Notes under the pieces: model-generated
The model's database searches: none
Told to the model about the DNA's origin: nothing
Seen by the model: only the letters and a program-made list of their open reading frames with translations
Position numbers and translations under genes: made by a program
Part shown: one piece after another, positions 7,371-18,232 of the stretch
How positions within the stretch are numbered: position 1 is the stretch's first letter
How the letters are laid out: the number at the start of each line of letters is the position of its first letter
From: Myxococcota bacterium
Lineage (GTDB): Bacteria > Myxococcota_A > UBA9160 > UBA4427
Reading direction: 5' to 3'
Assembly: GCA_965223565.1 (NCBI GenBank)
Contig: CBDCWV010000017.1
Span: 84,463 to 148,462 of the forward strand
Length of the DNA stretch: 64,000 bases

Positions 7371-9896
7371 ATGACGGAGCGATGGGTAGGATGGTCAGAT
7401 CGTCGAACGAAACGCATATCGACACCGCAGCGGACCGATCGCCTCGCGCAGCTTCCCGCACGAAACGCAATCCTCACCTTTGCCGTCGGCGCCGCGATCG
7501 CTCTACTCGCCAGCGCCGTCTCGGCCAAGACCTTCACCATCAACTCGACCGCTGACGCGGTGGACAACAACCCCGGCGACGGGTCGTGCTTCACGGGCAA
7601 CATCATCGTCTGGAGCATCGATCCCCCAATCAGTGAAGGCGAATGCACGTTACGAGCGGCGATCCTCGAAGCGAATCTTCTGGGCGGCGCCGACGAGGTG
7701 CATTTCGACGGCCGCCTCCCGGCGCCCGGCGGATTCGTCACGATCGTCCCGGGCAGCCCTCTGCCCTTTGTGACCGAGACACTTCAGATACGAGGCTCGA
7801 GCCATCCGTCCTACTCGGGCTCTTCGGCGTTCCCCACGCCGATCATCCATCTTTCGGGTCTTGCGCTCGCACCCGCCACACTGGCCTCGGGGATCGTTTT
7901 CTCCGTACCCGGCGCCCGATCCTCGTACGTCGAAGGACTCTCGATCGCGGGGTTCCCAGGCTGGGGCATCGAGATCCAGGGAGGACCGGCATTCCAGAGC
8001 GCGTCGATCCGAGTCGAGGGGAATCACATCGGTATCCGCAAGGGCCAATTCGTCGACGGCAACGGCCAGGGTGGCATCCTGATTTCGCAGGCGAACGAGA
8101 ACGCCATCGGACGGGTCTGCGTCGCGACGTGCGCGGGACGCGGCAACGTGATCTCCGGCAACGGCGGCCACGGGCTTCGCGTCGACGGCGAGTTCAACCT
8201 GGTCGGCGGCAATCGCATCGGTACGACCGTCGACGGCCTCGCCGCCGTGACCGCGTCCGGAATCCCAACCGGCAATTCGGGCAACGGCATCTGGATCAGT
8301 GACGGAGGTTCGAACGTGGTCGGGAGCATCGAAGCCCTGCCCGGTGGCGTCGTGCTGGTCGACAACGGCAACCTCGTCTCGGCCAATGGACTGAACGGCG
8401 TGACCGTCAACGGCGGGGACGACCATCGCGTGATCGGAAACCGAATCGGAACAGATCTGAACGGAAGCCATGCGCTCGGAAACGCGAGGTCAGGCGTCGT
8501 AGACGAGGCCTTCGAGACGGTCGTTGGCAGTGAAGGCCTCGGCTCGAATCTGATCTCCGGCAACTCGAGATACGGAATCTTGAACAACGGCGAATTCGCT
8601 CGCTACGCACACAACCGAATCGGGTTGAGCGCGAGCGGTCTCGGCACGATTCCGAACGGGCTCGGCGGCATTCTCGACGAGGGCTTCGAAGACACCATCG
8701 CCAACAACGCGATCGGAGGGAATTTCGGCTTCGGTATCGAGCTCTTGGGCACGGAGACGAGCGTCGTCGACAACTACGTCGGGACGGACGAAGCCGGAGC
8801 GGACTTCGGGAATCGGCTTGCTGGCATCATGGCCGGCGCCGGCGAGTACGATATCCAGAGAAACGTCGTCGGCCACAACGGCGGGGCTGGAATCTACGTC
8901 TCCAGCAACACCTTCGCCGTCGATCTCGGACACAATTGGATCGGAACCAATTCGGCCTGGCAGGATATCGGGAATTCGCTCGATGGCATCGAATCCCATT
9001 CGAAGTTCCGCATTGCCACGTTCGCCAACCGGATCGGGTTCAATGGAGGGCACGGCATCGCATTGCGAGCCGCTCCCAAGGACACGACCGGCGAATTCGC
9101 TGCCACGGGAAACTACATCGGAACGAATCCCGACGGCGACGATCTCGGCAACGTCGGCAGTGGCGTCTTCGCGGCCACAGGACCGAACGCACAGGTCTTG
9201 ATCGGCCTTCGACCCGCGACACCAGCACCCTACTCGCCTCCGGCGTGGGGAAACGTGATCGGCTGGAATGGAGGAGACGCGGTCACCATCCTGAGTGGTG
9301 CGGGAGCCGAGGTCGTCGGTCTCTTCGCTCGCGGCAACGGCGGTCAGGCCATCGATCTCGCGAACGACGGTCCGACGCCGAACGATCCTGGCGATGCGGA
9401 TACGGGCCCGAACGATCTACTCAATACGCCCGAGTTCGATATCTCTGCGACGAGATACGATGACACGACCGGCGAGCTCGTGATCCGATACCGCGTCGAT
9501 TCGACGATCGGGTCGCTCTCGGACGACGCCATCGTCGACTTCTACCTGTACGACCCGCTGAGCGACCCAGCGGAGCAGCTCGGTCGATGGGTCGGATTCG
9601 AGGTCGTGCCCGAGGCGGACCTCGGAATCGATCGTACGGTTCGCATCCTGCCACCGGCAGGATCGTTGGTTCCCTTCGACGGCGCAGGCTCTATCTTCTC
9701 GACCCTCCGCGCGACGACCACCCGTTCGTCGGGGACGAGCGAGCTCTCGACAGAATGGGTGCCCGTCCCCGAGCCGGCCTACGGCCTCGCACTCGCAGCG
9801 GGCGGATTGCTCCTTGCTGCTTCGCGATTCGGATCGGAACGAACGCCTACTGTCGATAGGCCTCGATCAGGACGTCGGAGGTCTCGGGTCGCATGA
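7371..9896 (+). CDS. Large secreted parallel beta-helix repeat protein with a CSLREA-like N-terminus and a PEP-CTERM anchor
   Basis: Signal-like [21 protein letters not shown], then [20 protein letters not shown]...[12 protein letters not shown]. There are many N-x-I-G-x-N/G-type beta-helix repeats and a [18 protein letters not shown] motif. The C-terminus [24 protein letters not shown] is followed by an Arg-rich tail. The ORF is open from 7194, so the start is uncertain. The 3' end overlaps convergent sat by 50 bp. Confidence 0.7.
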   Translation: MTERWVGWSDRRTKRISTPQRTDRLAQLPARNAILTFAVGAAIALLASAVSAKTFTINSTADAVDNNPGDGSCFTGNIIVWSIDPPISEGECTLRAAILEANLLGGADEVHFDGRLPAPGGFVTIVPGSPLPFVTETLQIRGSSHPSYSGSSAFPTPIIHLSGLALAPATLASGIVFSVPGARSSYVEGLSIAGFPGWGIEIQGGPAFQSASIRVEGNHIGIRKGQFVDGNGQGGILISQANENAIGRVCVATCAGRGNVISGNGGHGLRVDGEFNLVGGNRIGTTVDGLAAVTASGIPTGNSGNGIWISDGGSNVVGSIEALPGGVVLVDNGNLVSANGLNGVTVNGGDDHRVIGNRIGTDLNGSHALGNARSGVVDEAFETVVGSEGLGSNLISGNSRYGILNNGEFARYAHNRIGLSASGLGTIPNGLGGILDEGFEDTIANNAIGGNFGFGIELLGTETSVVDNYVGTDEAGADFGNRLAGIMAGAGEYDIQRNVVGHNGGAGIYVSSNTFAVDLGHNWIGTNSAWQDIGNSLDGIESHSKFRIATFANRIGFNGGHGIALRAAPKDTTGEFAATGNYIGTNPDGDDLGNVGSGVFAATGPNAQVLIGLRPATPAPYSPPAWGNVIGWNGGDAVTILSGAGAEVVGLFARGNGGQAIDLANDGPTPNDPGDADTGPNDLLNTPEFDISATRYDDTTGELVIRYRVDSTIGSLSDDAIVDFYLYDPLSDPAEQLGRWVGFEVVPEADLGIDRTVRILPPAGSLVPFDGAGSIFSTLRATTTRSSGTSELSTEWVPVPEPAYGLALAAGGLLLAASRFGSERTPTVDRPRSGRRRSRVA

Positions 9897-11109
9897 TGCG
9901 CGGGTCCGGGCGTTCGCCGGCCTGCAGCATCGACCGCACCTTCGTGCCGGAGATCGAGAAGGGCTTCTCGTCCGGATGGCGATCGGTCAGGTCGACACGC
10001 CCGAGGCTCTCGTAGAACGCGGCGAAGCCGACCTTACAAGGCTGGATCTTCAGGTCGCCGGGGAGCTCGTCGAAGATCTCGTGCGCATCGAAGTCGCCCC
10101 AGATCGCCTCGCCGTCCTCGAACGGTGCGTCGGCGTGCTTGCGACCGATCACGATGTCCGAGAAACCGTAGTTCTGTCGGTAGACACCGTGCATCACCGC
10201 CTCGGCCGGTCCGCCGTAGAACATCTTGATGTCGAGACCGATCAGCTCGAAGACGTCGGAGATGTCGTAGCCGGCCTTGTCCCAGATGGCCTGCTCCTTG
10301 TCGCCCTCTCCGAGAAGGCGTTCGCTGTGGAGCCTGCGGTAGCAGAGCATGCGGGTCGCAGCCGGGACGTCGTCTCCCTTGAGCTCGCCCATCAACGGAT
10401 TCAGCACGGCCCCGGCGAAATGGCCCTGGGCCGTCAGCTGCTCGACGCCGTAGACGAGCGCGTATTCATGCGCGCGATGGAGCGGATTGCGCGTCTGGAA
10501 GGCGAGCGCGCGCTCCCACTTGCGCTCGCGGATGAAGGCGCGTGTCATCCGGGGTGACAGCATGAACTCACCGTATTCCTTGTTCGGTCGCTGGGGCAAC
10601 GCACGCAACAATCCGCCGATCAGCTTCGACCTATCGTCGTTGTCGACGATTCGACCACCCGGATGATCGACGCGTTCCGTACCGTACACGGCCTTCAAGT
10701 AGGCGGGCTTGTCCCAATCGAAGACCTCGAGGTCGTCGAGGATCGCGACGACGTCCCCGGCCTCCGTCTTGACGGCGCAGGCGCCGCCGGTTGCGAGGCT
10801 GCCGGCCTCCGCATCCGTCAGGGGGAGCGAGATCGGGATCGTCCAGGCATAACGTCCGCCCTCGGAGAGCACGACGCGCTCGCTCAGCGCCAGATCGTAG
10901 GCCTCCTTCTTCATGGGCCCGACGAGCGGCGAGAGCGCGCCGTCGGCCAGACGATGGACCGTGGAGAGATCGGCGTCCGTCACGCGAATCGCGGGCAGCT
11001 TCTCGGCCTCCGCCAGAAACGCGGCCTTCTCCTTCCACGGAACGATCCGGTCTACGGGTTCGGCGAGGCCACCATGGACCGGAACAAGATCTCGATTCGA
11101 TCGACTCAT
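9847..11109 (-). CDS. sat: Sulfate adenylyltransferase (ATP sulfurylase)
   Basis: Signature [15 protein letters not shown] plus GRKHADAPF and GTKVRSML regions. At 420 aa it is the size of homo-oligomeric Sat enzymes. Confidence 0.85.
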   Translation of the reverse strand: MSRSNRDLVPVHGGLAEPVDRIVPWKEKAAFLAEAEKLPAIRVTDADLSTVHRLADGALSPLVGPMKKEAYDLALSERVVLSEGGRYAWTIPISLPLTDAEAGSLATGGACAVKTEAGDVVAILDDLEVFDWDKPAYLKAVYGTERVDHPGGRIVDNDDRSKLIGGLLRALPQRPNKEYGEFMLSPRMTRAFIRERKWERALAFQTRNPLHRAHEYALVYGVEQLTAQGHFAGAVLNPLMGELKGDDVPAATRMLCYRRLHSERLLGEGDKEQAIWDKAGYDISDVFELIGLDIKMFYGGPAEAVMHGVYRQNYGFSDIVIGRKHADAPFEDGEAIWGDFDAHEIFDELPGDLKIQPCKVGFAAFYESLGRVDLTDRHPDEKPFSISGTKVRSMLQAGERPDPRIMRPETSDVLIEAYRQ

Positions 11110-11220
11110 CGCGTTGCCACCTTCCTTGCATTCTCGATTCGTATGCGTTTGTCACGACCGCTCGATCGTGAGCTCGATCGCGTCTTCCATGCCATTCGGG
11201 ACGTGCATGGTTCCGTCTGG

Positions 11221-12363
11221 CTACCAGACGGGGAATTCCGACCAGCCCGAGGACACCAGGACACGCTCGTCTTTTCCGTCGTAGCGGCGGACCGCGAGGC
11301 GGCGGCGACCACTGCGCGACTGTACGAAAGCGACGAAATGACCGTCGGGAGACACGGCGGGCATGCGCTCGTCATCGCCCGCGGGGCTGAACGAGCCGAT
11401 CGCCACGCGGGTCGTGCCGTCGAGCCGCATGCGCCGCAGTCGATAGCCCGCTGAGGATGGAGATGCAAACACGATCCACTGTCCGTCGGGCGTCAGGACC
11501 GGCTCGCGGCCCCTCAGCAGGAGTTGGGGGGCAGCACCCTTCGCGAGTGCACGGATCGCGATCGTCGACTCGAGCACGGCCGGCCCGTTTCGCCGCGGTC
11601 GCGAGCGAACGTGCTCGTAGATCACGCGGTCGCCGTCGGGCACGAACCGGAGCGTACCGGGCGGTACGTCCGACAGGAGCGGCGGGCCGATTCGCCCGCC
11701 GGATGCGATGCGATGGACCGTATTCGCGGAGCGTCCGACCGACTGCACGCGCTCGATCTGCTGAACGACCAGCTCGCCTCGCGCGACGTCGCGGCCGATC
11801 ACGTAGTCGCCGCGTGGGTGCTCGGCGGCTCCCGTCGTAATCGGTGTCAGGTCCCTGCGATCGAGATGATATTCGTAGAGCTGCTCCTTCCCGCCGCGAT
11901 GGGACGAGGCGAAGAGCAGGCGGCGGCGATCCGGCGACCAGGCGATCGGAAGGGCATCACGGGGGGCTGCCTCGACGCGCTCGGTTCGACCCGTTCGCGG
12001 CCAGATCAGCATCAGCCGACCCGAGTGCTTTGCGAGCTGCCCCTTCGTGGCGAGCGTCTCGTCCCCACGCAGATAGGTCCGAATCCGGAACTCTTCGGTC
12101 CGCTCCGGATCGACCGGATCCGGAGGCACGGGCGGTGCCTCGCCTGCCTTCGCAAAGATCTCGCTGCGCTTCTGCGCCGCCTTGTCCTCCCAGTGAAGGA
12201 AGGCGATCGGCTGCTCCGGAAGCTCCTCTTGCGCCAGACGCCGCGAGACACAGGCACCCGCGAGCTGAACCACCAGGCCCGTCGCGAGCGCGGCCGCGAG
12301 GACACGCATCGCGCGTCGACCGCATCCCGCCGATCGAGCCCGAGAGCCGCTCGCCCGCCTCAC
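11221..12363 (-). CDS. TolB-like WD40/PD40 beta-propeller lipoprotein
   Basis: Lipobox LAGAC. PD40-type repeats WSPDRRRLLFAS, TPDGQWIVFAS and VSPDGHFVAFV. The GTG at 12363 overlaps the stop of the upstream JAB gene (GTGA). An alternative ATG is at 12309. Confidence 0.65.
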   Translation of the reverse strand: MRRASGSRARSAGCGRRAMRVLAAALATGLVVQLAGACVSRRLAQEELPEQPIAFLHWEDKAAQKRSEIFAKAGEAPPVPPDPVDPERTEEFRIRTYLRGDETLATKGQLAKHSGRLMLIWPRTGRTERVEAAPRDALPIAWSPDRRRLLFASSHRGGKEQLYEYHLDRRDLTPITTGAAEHPRGDYVIGRDVARGELVVQQIERVQSVGRSANTVHRIASGGRIGPPLLSDVPPGTLRFVPDGDRVIYEHVRSRPRRNGPAVLESTIAIRALAKGAAPQLLLRGREPVLTPDGQWIVFASPSSAGYRLRRMRLDGTTRVAIGSFSPAGDDERMPAVSPDGHFVAFVQSRSGRRRLAVRRYDGKDERVLVSSGWSEFPVW

Positions 12364-12863
12364 GGAACCGCCTCCAGGCGCCGTCCGACGAAACGACGCT
12401 GATCGGTCTCGACCGGATCGAAGATTCCCACCTCACGCACGCGATCTGCCAACAGCGAAACGACGATCTGTGACGCCTCCGGGAAGGGAAAGAGCGGGTG
12501 TGCTGCGAAGGCGAGGTCGTCCTTCGAGAGATAGCACCCCTTGCCGAAGTGCGAGTGATAGATTGCAGACACCTCTTCGTCCCGCGCCTCCGCTTCCTCG
12601 ATCGCACGAAGGTATTCCAGCTCCGACATGTAGTAGGCATGGCGCGCATCGCGCGGAAACGAATCCGGGTCCGCGACATGCATCTTGGTCATCACGTTCG
12701 TGATCCGCACCGCCCGGCGTAGCGGCTCGGCGCGCGTCCCCATCACGAGACCACAACATTCCTCGGGTGCGACGTCGAGCGCATGCCGGCAGATCTCGTG
12801 GAGCAGATCGCTCGAAATCTGTCGACTCTCTCGTTCCGGATTCAGTTCGATGCGCTCGGACAC
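12360..12863 (-). CDS. JAB/MPN (JAMM) metalloprotease-family protein, Mec-like
   Basis: The JAMM signature is present: E (PEECCG) ... HSHFGKGCYLSKDD, i.e. ExnHxHx7Sx2D. 167 aa, GTG start. Confidence 0.75.
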   Translation of the reverse strand: MSERIELNPERESRQISSDLLHEICRHALDVAPEECCGLVMGTRAEPLRRAVRITNVMTKMHVADPDSFPRDARHAYYMSELEYLRAIEEAEARDEEVSAIYHSHFGKGCYLSKDDLAFAAHPLFPFPEASQIVVSLLADRVREVGIFDPVETDQRRFVGRRLEAVP

Positions 12864-13023
12864 GGGGATCGACCCGGATCGACCCGGTACGGGCGATCCT
12901 GTTCGTGGGGGATGAAGCCGTCGACGAGCTTAATCGAGTGTCCAGGTACACGCGAACGCCACAGGGATCCCGTCCGTCGCTCCGGTGTCGACCCGGACGA
13001 GGCCGCCACGGCGGGGACAAGTG

Positions 13024-13473
13024 TCAGATCTGGTAGTCGAGACCCCCCGGCAGATCGCGTTCGACCGATTGGCGAACGGCTTCGCGGCAGACCTCCGAGA
13101 CCGCGATCGTGTCGAGCAGTGTCGCGATCCGCGACGACAGCTCCGACCACAGGAAATCCGGTCGGTGGACCGAGGCGGGCCGATCGTCGGTCGACGCGTC
13201 ACCCGCGATGGCGAGGGGACCCTCGATCGCTTCGATCACCTCGCGCAGGCTGATCTTTTCCGGTCGACGCGTGAGGACATAGCCGCCTCCCGGCCCCCGC
13301 TTGCCGGCGACCAGCCCCGCCCGACGCAGGTCCTGGAAGATCTGCTCGAGGAACCGGTAGGGGATCGCCTGCCGTTCGCCGATCACACGAACCCGGATCG
13401 GCTCGCCCGCACCGTTGTAGGCGAGGTCGAAGATCCCGCAGAGGGCATAGCAGGCACGGCGAGAGAGATGCAT
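13024..13473 (-). CDS. Rrf2-family transcriptional regulator (IscR/CymR-like)
   Basis: MHLSRRACYALCGIFDLAYNG...IPYRFLEQIFQDLRRAGLVAGKRGPGGGYVLTR is the typical Rrf2 winged-helix N-terminus. An internal ATG at 13473 gives a canonical length of about 150 aa. Confidence 0.8.
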   Translation of the reverse strand: MHLSRRACYALCGIFDLAYNGAGEPIRVRVIGERQAIPYRFLEQIFQDLRRAGLVAGKRGPGGGYVLTRRPEKISLREVIEAIEGPLAIAGDASTDDRPASVHRPDFLWSELSSRIATLLDTIAVSEVCREAVRQSVERDLPGGLDYQI

Positions 13474-13586
13474 CGAGCGAGCATGCAGGAGGCCCAGCGA
13501 TCTCGCCAACGTCGTGGACGGGGCTGCGCACCATCCGTCGCCGAGGAGGCGTGGGCCCGAAGCGTCCAGCTCGGATTCCACGCGGC

Positions 13587-15944
13587 TCAGTCGGCGCTCT
13601 TCCGCGCGGCACCGCCACGCCGCCGGCCGCCCGGGCGATCCGCTCTCCGACGCGACGAACCACGGCGCTCTCCCGGCTCGATCGGCTCGAACGCGAGCCG
13701 CGCGAGGTCCTGATCGACGGCGACGAGCCGAACGTCGATGGGCGCGCCGACCTCGATCCGTTTGCGAAGCCCCTGCGACACGAGTGCCTCACCATCGTCG
13801 ACGACCTCCCAGTGGCCCTCGAGCGAGCGGATCGGAACGAGACCCTCGACGCCGGGTGCCTCGAGTCGGATGAACAGACCGAACTCGGTCGCCGCCACGA
13901 CGCGTCCGCGAAAGCGCTCGTCCTCCCGGCCCGCCATCAACGCACAGCATGCGAGTGCGTCGGCGTCGCGTTCGGCGTCGACGGCCAGGCGCTCTCGACC
14001 CGACAGCCAGATCGCGAGACCCTCGGCCGAATCGGCGGGCTTCGACTCACCCGCATGCTGCGCGCCCGCGCGCCGCGGACTCGATTCGCCGCGTATCGCG
14101 CGACGCATCGAGCGGTGGACCTCGAGGTCGGCATAGCGTCGGATCGGCGACGTGAAGTGAACGTAGTGCTCGAAGCGAAGCGCGTAGTGCCCACCCGACT
14201 CGGCTGCGTAGTGCGCCTGACTCATCGCTCGCAACGCCGCCATGTGAAGCCGTTCCTCGGACGCCGTGCCACGCGCTGCCTCGAGCGCCGCCGCCAACAC
14301 GCCCGGCTCGTCGAGCTCGCCAGTGAGCTCGATGCCGGCCCGCTCGAAACGCTCGCCGAGGGCATCGAGCCGGTGGGGCGGCGGCGGGGGATGGACGCGA
14401 TGGATCGCCGGTCGATCCGCTCGGTCGAGCGCACGCGCGACCGCACGATTCGCCGCGAGCATGGCTTCCTCGATCAGGACGTGCGCGCGATTGCGCGGGC
14501 GACTGCGCGCGTCGACCGGGCGCCCCTCCCGGTCGACGATGACCTCAATCTCGGGGAGCTCGAGCGCGAGCGACCCGGCGCGCTCACGCTCGCGCGCCAG
14601 ACCCGTCGCGATCTCGTCGAGACATCGAAGCGAGGCCGCCCATTCGGGATCCGTCTCGGGCTCCTTCGGATCCGCCCCCTGCGACGTCTCGAGCCAATCC
14701 GCAACCGCCTCGTAGGCGAGTCCTGCACGACTACGGATCACGGCCTCGTGGAATACGGCGTCGAGCACGACACCGCCTGCATCGATCCTCAGCTCGACGA
14801 CGAGGGCGAGTCGATCCACCCCGGCGCGGAGCGAGCAGAGATCGCTCGAGAGCACGTCGGGCAACATCGGAATCGAACGACCCGGCAAGTAGAAGCTGTT
14901 GCCACGCCGTCGTGCTTCCGCATCGAGAAAGCTCCCCTCCCGCACGTAATGACTGACGTCGGCAATCGCCACCCAGAGCGTTCGCGACCAACCGGTCTCG
15001 CGTCCGCCTCCGCGCACCGACGAGCGAGCCGGAGGGGCGTCGCGGGACTCGACGCGAAGCGCTGGCGAGGCCCTTCGCTGCTCGGCGAAGACCGCGTCGT
15101 CGTGGTCCCGTGCCGAAGCGGGGTCGATCGTCACGAAGGGCAGGTGTCGAAGATCGCGGCGGCCGTCGATCGCTTCTGACCCCTCTTCGCTCGCAATCGC
15201 TTCCGCCTCGAGTCGCGCTCGCCGCGAGAAGTCCGTCGGCAAGCGATGTTTCCAGACGATCGCCGCATGGTCTGCCGCCGGCTCGCCCGCTTGCCCGAGC
15301 ACTTCGACCATGCGAACACGTAAGCGGCGTCGACTCGCCGGTCGGGGTGCACGCCCGGCACCCGACCGGTCGCCGCCGCGCGACTTCGACGAACCGACCG
15401 GTGTCACGAGGACCCGATCCCCGTCGCGCGCATCTCCCAGATCGTTCCGCGCCAGCTCGAGTAGCGGCGTCTCGACCCCACCGAAGGGAACGAGTCGAAG
15501 CCGGCCTCGCGCCCCGCGACCATCGACGTGCAGGCGACAGACGAAGTCCGACCGCGCGGAATCGAGCACCCGTACGTGCTCGCCATGACGCGCCGAGATG
15601 GAACCGACCGCCTCGAAGGTAATCCGGGCGCCCGCTTCGACGGGCTCGCCGAGGCAATCGACCGACCACCGGTCGCCCTCACGATCCTCGACCACGAGAG
15701 ACTGGCCCGCGACGCTCGGCGTTCCCGCTTCACGCACCCAGCCCTCGCGCAATCGCGCCGCCGGCCCCTCGTGCGAGCGCGAGCCCGCGCCGCGGCTCGC
15801 ACCCGAACCCGTGTGCTCGCGCCTCCGACTGCCCCGCCGCGCCTCGCGCTCGCGCCGACCGGCTCGGTTCTTTCGCCTCGCCCGCCCGTCACCCCGTTTC
15901 GAGCGGCCCTTGTCGCGCCCGCCCGTTCGACCTCGTCTCGCCAA
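13587..15944 (-). CDS. rnr: Ribonuclease R (RNB family 3'-5' exoribonuclease) with Arg-rich N- and C-terminal tails
   Basis: RNB catalytic motif HYALRFEHYVHFTSPIRRYADLEVHR, then a C-terminal S1-like region (GRVVAATEFGLFIRLE) and a basic tail. The exact start is uncertain. Confidence 0.85.
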   Translation of the reverse strand: MARRGRTGGRDKGRSKRGDGRARRKNRAGRREREARRGSRRREHTGSGASRGAGSRSHEGPAARLREGWVREAGTPSVAGQSLVVEDREGDRWSVDCLGEPVEAGARITFEAVGSISARHGEHVRVLDSARSDFVCRLHVDGRGARGRLRLVPFGGVETPLLELARNDLGDARDGDRVLVTPVGSSKSRGGDRSGAGRAPRPASRRRLRVRMVEVLGQAGEPAADHAAIVWKHRLPTDFSRRARLEAEAIASEEGSEAIDGRRDLRHLPFVTIDPASARDHDDAVFAEQRRASPALRVESRDAPPARSSVRGGGRETGWSRTLWVAIADVSHYVREGSFLDAEARRRGNSFYLPGRSIPMLPDVLSSDLCSLRAGVDRLALVVELRIDAGGVVLDAVFHEAVIRSRAGLAYEAVADWLETSQGADPKEPETDPEWAASLRCLDEIATGLARERERAGSLALELPEIEVIVDREGRPVDARSRPRNRAHVLIEEAMLAANRAVARALDRADRPAIHRVHPPPPPHRLDALGERFERAGIELTGELDEPGVLAAALEAARGTASEERLHMAALRAMSQAHYAAESGGHYALRFEHYVHFTSPIRRYADLEVHRSMRRAIRGESSPRRAGAQHAGESKPADSAEGLAIWLSGRERLAVDAERDADALACCALMAGREDERFRGRVVAATEFGLFIRLEAPGVEGLVPIRSLEGHWEVVDDGEALVSQGLRKRIEVGAPIDVRLVAVDQDLARLAFEPIEPGERRGSSRRRADRPGGRRRGGAARKSAD

Positions 15945-16007
15945 ACGTCACCCCGTCCGCTTCGTGGTTTGACGCTATCGCGTCCGCACCGTACCCTGCG
16001 GCGCGCT

Positions 16008-16094
16008 GCCCGGGTGGCGGAATTGGTAGACGCGCTGGACTCAGAATCCAGTGTTCGCAAGGACGTGCTGGTTCGACTCCAGTCCCGGGCACCA
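16008..16094 (+). tRNA. tRNA-Leu (anticodon CAG), long variable arm, CCA encoded
   Basis: Folded by hand. Acceptor GCCCGGG/CCCGGGC, D-arm GCG-GAATTGGTAGA-CGC, anticodon stem CTGGA/TCCAG with loop CTCAGAA, long variable arm, T-arm GCTGG-TTCGACT-CCAGT, discriminator A plus CCA. A T8 run follows. Confidence 0.9.
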
Positions 16095-16299
16095 TTCCTT
16101 TTTTTTGAGATATGGATGCGGTTGGTTCGGATTCGCGGCAGGGGTGCTGTTCAGCGACCGTGGGGACCTGTGTGCCTGAATCGACGGGCTCGCTATGCGG
16201 GCGACGTGCGGATTCGTGGCAATGATGTGCCCCTGACCCAGTCGTCGGCTGGGCGAGCGCGAGCCGAGTCCCGAGATATCCGCGCCGATCGGGATGCGC

Positions 16300-17307
16300 T
16301 CAGAACCGGTCCCGGTCCAGGCAACAGCGGGCGACGGCGTTGGCGTCGCTGGCCGCGACGGAGAACCCGGCGAGGCAGGCGCCGGGATTCGACGAAGATC
16401 CCCCCGCTTGTAGGTGGTGGCTCCCCATGGAGCCCAGTCGCGCGGCCGACCACTCCGGTCCGAACGCGCCGGGGTCAACGAGCAGATCGAGGAGGCAGGC
16501 GGCCGATAGCTCATACGGAGTACAAGCTCGTGTTTGACGCGTGGCGCAACTGGTCACCACGGCACCGTAGTTGCTAAACACCGGCGGGTTTGGACCTTGC
16601 AGTTGGGATTCGATGCAGAAACCGGGTGCCTCCACCATTCCGAAATCCGCACAGACCACGGAAGATTGCGCAGACGAGCAGGTGCTGTCGTCGCACAGGT
16701 TGACGCCACCCGGCGTGCCCCCCGTCACCGCACCCAGGGTGTTGTCCGAGAAGACATTGCCACTGTACAGCGAGTCGCTGCCCAGGAACCGAATTCCATA
16801 GCCATCGTTTCCGGCGATGCGGCTGTCTCGCACGATCGAGGTTTGGTCCACGTCGATCCCGTCCCCGAGGTTGCTGAGGACGTTCACCGACTCGACGACC
16901 GACGCCCCGCCGATGTCGATGCCGTCGCCACCCATCGACTGGATGGTGCCGTTCCGGATCGTGATCGCGGAGGCGCCCGGCTCGCCGCGGATGCCGGTGC
17001 CGCTCCCGCCGCCCGCGCCGACGATGCGGAAGCCGTTCAAGTCGATCGTGACGTCGCGCACGACGCTGCCCACCACAATCGCGTCTGCGGTTCCGGGATC
17101 CAGGTTGGAGGTGAGCCTGTAGCTGCCCGCGCTGGAGATCCGCACGGGGAAGCCCGAGGTGTCACCCGTGAAGCAGCCCGTGTTCGTCACGCACACCTGA
17201 TTGATCTCGAGCACCCCGTCCGAGGCCGGGGCCACACCCGAGGTGACCAGCAACGCGACGAACGAGGTCGTGGCGAGAGCAATCCGAAGCGAGTCGATTC
17301 TCTTCAT
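16300..17307 (-). CDS. Secreted right-handed beta-helix repeat protein with a Cys-rich C-terminal region
   Basis: Signal peptide MKRIDSLRIALATTSFVALLVTSGVAPA. Repeats of the type GxGIRG, GGDGIDIGG, LGDGIDVD and GNDGYGIRF. The C-terminal approximately 120 aa contain 9 Cys. Confidence 0.6.
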   Translation of the reverse strand: MKRIDSLRIALATTSFVALLVTSGVAPASDGVLEINQVCVTNTGCFTGDTSGFPVRISSAGSYRLTSNLDPGTADAIVVGSVVRDVTIDLNGFRIVGAGGGSGTGIRGEPGASAITIRNGTIQSMGGDGIDIGGASVVESVNVLSNLGDGIDVDQTSIVRDSRIAGNDGYGIRFLGSDSLYSGNVFSDNTLGAVTGGTPGGVNLCDDSTCSSAQSSVVCADFGMVEAPGFCIESQLQGPNPPVFSNYGAVVTSCATRQTRACTPYELSAACLLDLLVDPGAFGPEWSAARLGSMGSHHLQAGGSSSNPGACLAGFSVAASDANAVARCCLDRDRF

Positions 17308-17896
17308 CTCGATCTCCCGGTTCGGGTCGCCGGCTCAAGACCGCGGCGCGGGCGCCGGCGCCTTCGATGGCAGGTGCAAAAGAGGCCCAGCCCCGCGAAG
17401 GATTCGTAGACACCGTGCACGTCGTCCAGAGCGTTATTTTCACACTCGGGGACCGGGCGTCAAGCGACACCTGGTCCTACGAGCTGAGAGGACACCGACC
17501 GTTTCGAGAATTCGTCTTGTCCGGGAATCTGGAGACGTGGCTGCGCGGGACCTTGCAGGGCGTGAGGCTCAAGCACCCCCGCGCGATCCCGACGAGTTCG
17601 TGTCCCGGTTCGACCGCGGATAGGCAGAATCGGCTGTACTTCGACCACCGCCGATGTGTAGCGATCTGACGAGTACGCCCCGCCGGGGTGCATCAGCCCC
17701 TTCCGGGGCATTCGCGGCGAAGACGGGGATTGGGCGGCGAGCTCTGCCCGACACCACCAATGGAGCCGCCCGCTCGTGCGTTCGCGGCAGATCGCGAGAT
17801 GCCGCCGTCCCTCGGAACGCCCGCTGACAGCACCGATCCCCACCCCGATGGAATCGTCAACCGACCCGGGAATCCCGGAGACTCTCGTACGGCGGG

Positions 17897-18232
17897 ATGG
17901 CGACGCGCATGGCGCTAGACGCGCGCCTGCACGAGCTGCTGGCGGCGGACGCGCCGCCCTTCGCGGCACACGTCGACTTGTACGGCCCGTGCTTCCAAGA
18001 CTTCCGAATCGCGCGCACGACGGGCGCCCCGCTGCTCACTCTGCGCGGAGCCCGAGATGCGTCGAACGAGCTGGTGCAGCGCTCGATCGGGGAGGAGCGT
18101 CTGCGGATGAACAGCGGCCGCTTCTTCGAGGGCTGCCTGGGCGTGGGCTACATCGTCGGCCGCGACGATGCGACGCACCAGGACGCGAACGCGCAGCTAC
18201 TTCGCTTCCTCGACGCAAAGCTGCGGCACTGA
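17897..18232 (+). CDS. Small hypothetical protein; possibly the C-terminal remnant of an alpha/beta (dienelactone-type) hydrolase
   Basis: 111-aa ORF with genome-typical high GC3. APLLTLRGARDA...LLRFLDAKL resembles the last strand and helix of DLH-like hydrolases. No matching N-terminal part lies upstream in frame. Confidence 0.3.
   Translation: MATRMALDARLHELLAADAPPFAAHVDLYGPCFQDFRIARTTGAPLLTLRGARDASNELVQRSIGEERLRMNSGRFFEGCLGVGYIVGRDDATHQDANAQLLRFLDAKLRH

Noticed and set aside
13551-15179. Long antisense ORFs opposite real genes, for example 13551..15179 opposite rnr, 19481..21547 opposite lon, 25958..27823, 37622..39403, 47857..49761, 53524..55680 opposite dnaK, and 56736..59462 opposite gspD
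   Set aside because: Their translations are Arg/Pro/Ala/Gly-rich low-complexity strings with no recognisable motifs. They mirror strongly conserved genes on the other strand. This is the expected stop-codon-poor artefact of a roughly 70% GC genome.
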